NCBI GenBank assembly: GCA_016776635.1
Contig: JADHSZ010000004.1
Coordinates: 16,777-80,776 of the forward strand
Source: Alphaproteobacteria bacterium
GTDB taxonomy: Bacteria > Pseudomonadota > Alphaproteobacteria > UBA11136
Reading direction: 5' to 3'
Length of the DNA stretch: 64,000 nt
Made by a program: the position numbers and the translations under genes. The notes beneath the pieces are model-generated. The model had not been told where the DNA came from, ran no database searches, and was given only the letters and a program-made list of their open reading frames with translations. Positions 62,301 to 64,000 of the stretch are shown in pieces (positions within the stretch are counted from its first letter, which is position 1; each line of letters begins with the position of its first letter).

Positions 62301-62431
62301 CACGGCCCCGGCTCCGAGGCCGCGCGGCCCGACAGCCGCCGGTGCCGGTCGGCCCACTCGGAGACCGTCAGCGTTGGGTCCGGGCGCAGGCCCTGATCGA
62401 AGGCCTCGCCGTAGATCTCAGCCGCCCTCAT
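59396..62431 (-). CDS. Terminase large subunit (lambda gpA family) interrupted by an intein
   Basis: 1011 aa. The N-terminal P-loop VVLMKGAQIGG is immediately followed by Hint block LAVDTPIPT...CDGAHRW, LAGLIDADG motifs LGFWLGDGN and LVRGLMDSDGFI, and ends ...IPTHN/T. The C-terminal roughly 560 aa is the gpA nuclease/ATPase with CPVC..CEHC zinc finger. Confidence 0.8.
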   Translation of the reverse strand: MRAAEIYGEAFDQGLRPDPTLTVSEWADRHRRLSGRAASEPGPWRTGRTPYLKEIMDCLAPASKVERVVLMKGAQIGGPLAVDTPIPTAVGWKTMGTLMVGDTLFDEKGRFCRVTSVSEVMTGRQCFEITFDDGERVVCDGAHRWPVMDFTNDKPVAKVLRTEEMIWRVRIGKSKRYRYAVDCCDPLDLPEQDLIIHPYVLGFWLGDGNAIMNHISVHEDDTEAAEHLRSCGVVAEFRLPKWRKGKCANIIIDPTYRLDQNPNRPVTPKGRSRFTVRLLMLDLLDNKHVPPQYMRASREQRLELVRGLMDSDGFISSDGKRCEFGNTNAGLADSMAELLRSLGYKPSVHRTPSKRRMFPGGNKICETLAGWRVTWTAYQEEPMFKLSRKVERMRLIRAGRPSRSRRRRIVAIRPVKSVPVRCISVDSPNHLYLCGKGWIPTHNTEAGNNWIGYVIHHAPGPMLAVLPTVEMAKRNSKQRIDPLIEESAALRKLVKPARSRDAGNTVLAKEFPGGVLVMTGANSAVGLRSMPVRYLFLDEVDGYPGDIDGEGDPVALAEARTRTFSRRKILIVSTPTIRGASRIEREYEASDQRRYFVPCPVCRKHQWLKFEQLKWEKGKPETASYECEHCQARIEEHHKTWMLENGEWRATAKPENDNGKTAGFHLSSLYSPVGWRSWKQIAGAWLAAQGSDAAVKSVKNTDLGETWEEVGEAPDWQRLYDRREDYREGTVPEGGLLLTAGVDIQKDRIEVSIWAWGRDKESWLIEHRVIDGDTSREEVWKELTEMLSETWSHASGVQMPLKRLAVDSGYATQEVYSWARRQHAGLVMAIKGVERGAALVGMPTAVDITAGGKRLRRGVKVRPVAGGIAKLELFNNLRKERPTDEELKAGEIYPAGYVHLPKVDGEYCKQLCSEQLVTTKNRRGYAVREWRKLRERNEALDCYVYARAAVAVVGLDRFEERHWRKFVDSLGGDPAPKTKQQRPSGSKTRPSRPASGHRGDWLGNRRGNWLK
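61103..62197 (-). mobile_element. Intein with LAGLIDADG homing endonuclease inside the terminase large subunit (about residues 79-443, boundaries approximate)
   Basis: Hint N-terminal block A/B after the Walker A motif. Two LAGLIDADG motifs. Terminal His-Asn followed by Thr. Confidence 0.7.
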
Positions 62432-62985
62432 GGTGAGCCTGTCGAACCACCGGAATCACCTGACAGTTCCTCCAGCGCCATCCGGATCTCGGTGGCCAGC
62501 AATTCGTGGACCCTTGCCGGATCGTTTTCGGTGGCCAGCATGGCGGCGAGGCGCTCAGGGATATTCAACAACGCATCCCGGACCACTCGCGCCTTGTTGA
62601 ACGCGGCGACCTTTACGTCGTCGGCGTCTACGTATTTACCGGCCTCGACCTTGGCCTTGATCTCAAGAAGCTTCGCCCTCTCGACCTCGCTCTTGATGCG
62701 GGTCTTAAGCAGCAGGGTCGGCAGGTCGCCCCCCGCCCGCGGCAGCACCGGAACGTCCGGAACCGCGGCGGGCGCCTCGCCCCGCCTCTCGGGCCGGACC
62801 GGCTCTCTGATCGCCGCCAGGGCGGCGTCGGCCTGATCCGTATCCACCTTGCGGTCCGTGAGCTTGATGACGCCCTTGGCCACCATCTGGCCGACGTACT
62901 GGCGGGACACCCCGCGAAGACGTGCGTATTCGGCCTGACTGACGAGCATTCCTGTTACGCGTTCCCATGGTCGGACCGCCCTCAA
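62428..62985 (-). CDS. Terminase small subunit (HTH DNA-binding)
   Basis: Probable start MLVSQAEYARLRGVSRQYVGQMVAKG (HTH). Overlaps the terminase large start by 4 nt. Confidence 0.55.
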   Translation of the reverse strand: MRAVRPWERVTGMLVSQAEYARLRGVSRQYVGQMVAKGVIKLTDRKVDTDQADAALAAIREPVRPERRGEAPAAVPDVPVLPRAGGDLPTLLLKTRIKSEVERAKLLEIKAKVEAGKYVDADDVKVAAFNKARVVRDALLNIPERLAAMLATENDPARVHELLATEIRMALEELSGDSGGSTGSP

Positions 62986-63036
62986 AAAGCACTGAAATTA
63001 CAATCGATTAGACTTGATAAGCGCCGTGATTGAAGC

Positions 63037-63312
63037 GTGTATGCGGTCAACGAAACGCTTGGCCTAGGAGGCGCGAAAATGACCACCACCCACACCCCCG
63101 ACGAACTCGAAACGATCTTCGCCAAGGTTTGCGACCCAGACGATTGGAAGGCGCCAATCGAGGTCTGCTGCCGGGGCGAGGCGGTGCTGCCCATTTGCGA
63201 CGCGATCCGCTTTTTCACCGCAACCGAGCCCAGGGTCGAATTGAACACCCGGACTATGCGCTACCTGATCACCTCCGAGGGCTACCGCGCCGGACCGGCG
63301 GGCGATCACTGA
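63037..63312 (+). CDS. Hypothetical protein (prophage early region)
   Basis: 91 aa ORF, alternative start MTTTH at 63079 with GGAGG RBS. Confidence 0.3.
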   Translation: MYAVNETLGLGGAKMTTTHTPDELETIFAKVCDPDDWKAPIEVCCRGEAVLPICDAIRFFTATEPRVELNTRTMRYLITSEGYRAGPAGDH

Positions 63313-63343
63313 GCGCCGGAACACAAGGAAAGGAATCACGACC

Positions 63344-63580
63344 ATGGCCACCAACCAAACCGCGCTGGACGCCTTCTTGCGCCACAAGACCGAGATCGAC
63401 GAAATGCTCGCCCGGATACAGGGCTTAAGCGACGCCCACTTCAACGTCCACCCCGACGACGTCCATTGGGGCCACGTCGGCGATCTTGCCCACCACGCCG
63501 AACAACTGCGCCGCATAACGGACGCCGCCTTCCACGAGGGCGAACACGCCGGACCACAGGGAACGCGGAGCGGACAATAA
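63344..63580 (+). CDS. Hypothetical protein
   Basis: 78 aa ORF with AAGGAAAGGAAT RBS. Confidence 0.3.
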   Translation: MATNQTALDAFLRHKTEIDEMLARIQGLSDAHFNVHPDDVHWGHVGDLAHHAEQLRRITDAAFHEGEHAGPQGTRSGQ

Positions 63581-63600
63581 CCAACCTCACCCCCAACCAA

Positions 63601-64000
63601 GGAGACCGAACATGGAACTCAAGGACCTGAAAGTCAGCCAACTCGCCACGGCCTGTGGCGCCATCACCGGCAAGCCGGTCACAGCCAAGAGCTTCAACTA
63701 CAAGGCCAAGGCCATCGAGCGCGTCGAAGCGCTGATGAAGGAACACGACCTCACCATGACCGACGTGCTCAAGGCCGCCGGAATCACCATGGTCGACGGC
63801 TCCGAACCCGAGACCCCGAAACAGGCCAAGGCCCAACGCCGCAAGCGGGCGACCAAACAAGCCATGCTGATCGGCATGCTCAAACGCGACGAGGGCGCGT
63901 CCATCGGCCAGATCGTCGAGGCCACCGGATGGCAGCCCCATACGGTGCGCGGCGCCATCAGCGGGGCGCTCAAAAAGAAACTCGGCCTCGCCGTCACCTC
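63601..64000 (+). CDS. DUF3489-family protein (3' end outside window)
   Basis: ...KQAMLIGMLKRDEGASIGQIVEATGWQPHTVRGAISGALKKKLGL matches the conserved DUF3489 core common in alphaproteobacterial prophage regions. Confidence 0.55.

Larger units (their letters stand above)
45250..64000 (-). mobile_element. Lambda-like prophage remnant truncated after the tape-measure gene, with toxin-antitoxin cassette array; right end continues beyond the window
   Basis: Minus-strand order is terminase small, terminase large, gpW, portal, protease-capsid fusion, head-tail genes, major tail, G/GT, tape measure, then toxin-antitoxin array and a single gpM-like gene fused to a host YcaO fragment. No L/K/I/J-like distal tail genes. 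Confidence 0.6.

Overview
This is a high-GC alphaproteobacterial (Rhodospirillaceae-like) chromosomal window with four main parts, all called by eye without searches. (1) 1-12.4 kb is a conserved housekeeping block: the ftsZ 3' end, lpxC, bamD, recN, ligA, a KefB/C-type antiporter, a possible RquA-like methyltransferase, a CBS-pair protein and a GNAT protein. (2) About 12.5-30 kb is a Nif11/NHLP-type RiPP locus and the main candidate for an undescribed system. It holds three tandem Nif11-leader precursor genes with Cys-free Ala/Val/Thr/Glu-rich cores that begin KGHH(HHHH) after the Gly-Gly site. Around them sit a radical-SAM protein, a B12-binding radical-SAM protein translationally coupled to metX, a TolC-family protein, a large class I methyltransferase, the NHLP-type export set (C39-peptidase ABC, second ABC, HlyD) and a Nif11-domain::Fe/2OG-oxygenase-like fusion. 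The enzyme mix resembles proteusin/polytheonamide-type maturation. (3) 33.86-41.12 kb is a roughly 7.3 kb lower-GC integrative island in tRNA-Glu(CUC), bounded by a 17-bp direct repeat of the tRNA 3' end. It carries a tyrosine integrase, a HUH-Rep-like protein, an excisionase-HTH protein, a secreted S1 protease and a Lys-rich protein. (4) About 45.2-64 kb is a lambda-like prophage remnant on the minus strand that stops at the tape-measure gene. It has terminase small and large subunits (the large one interrupted by a LAGLIDADG intein), gpW, a portal, a protease-capsid fusion, an NYN-domain moron with an in-frame TGA, a major tail protein and G/GT chaperones with a canonical A_AAA_AAC -1 frameshift site. 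Three different type II toxin-antitoxin cassettes (DinJ-YafQ, BrnT-BrnA, ParD-ParE) sit between the tape-measure gene and a gpM-like minor tail gene, each separated by chimeric copies of the tape-measure 3' end and the gpM 5' end. The last gpM copy is fused in frame to the 3' half of a YcaO gene next to a SagB-type dehydrogenase, which I read as a disrupted azoline-type RiPP locus. Other items are two in-frame stop codons (a SnoaL-like gene and the NYN gene), a duplicated hairpin-promoter module, TGTTAACAAATG motifs and an ACGT-core tandem repeat.
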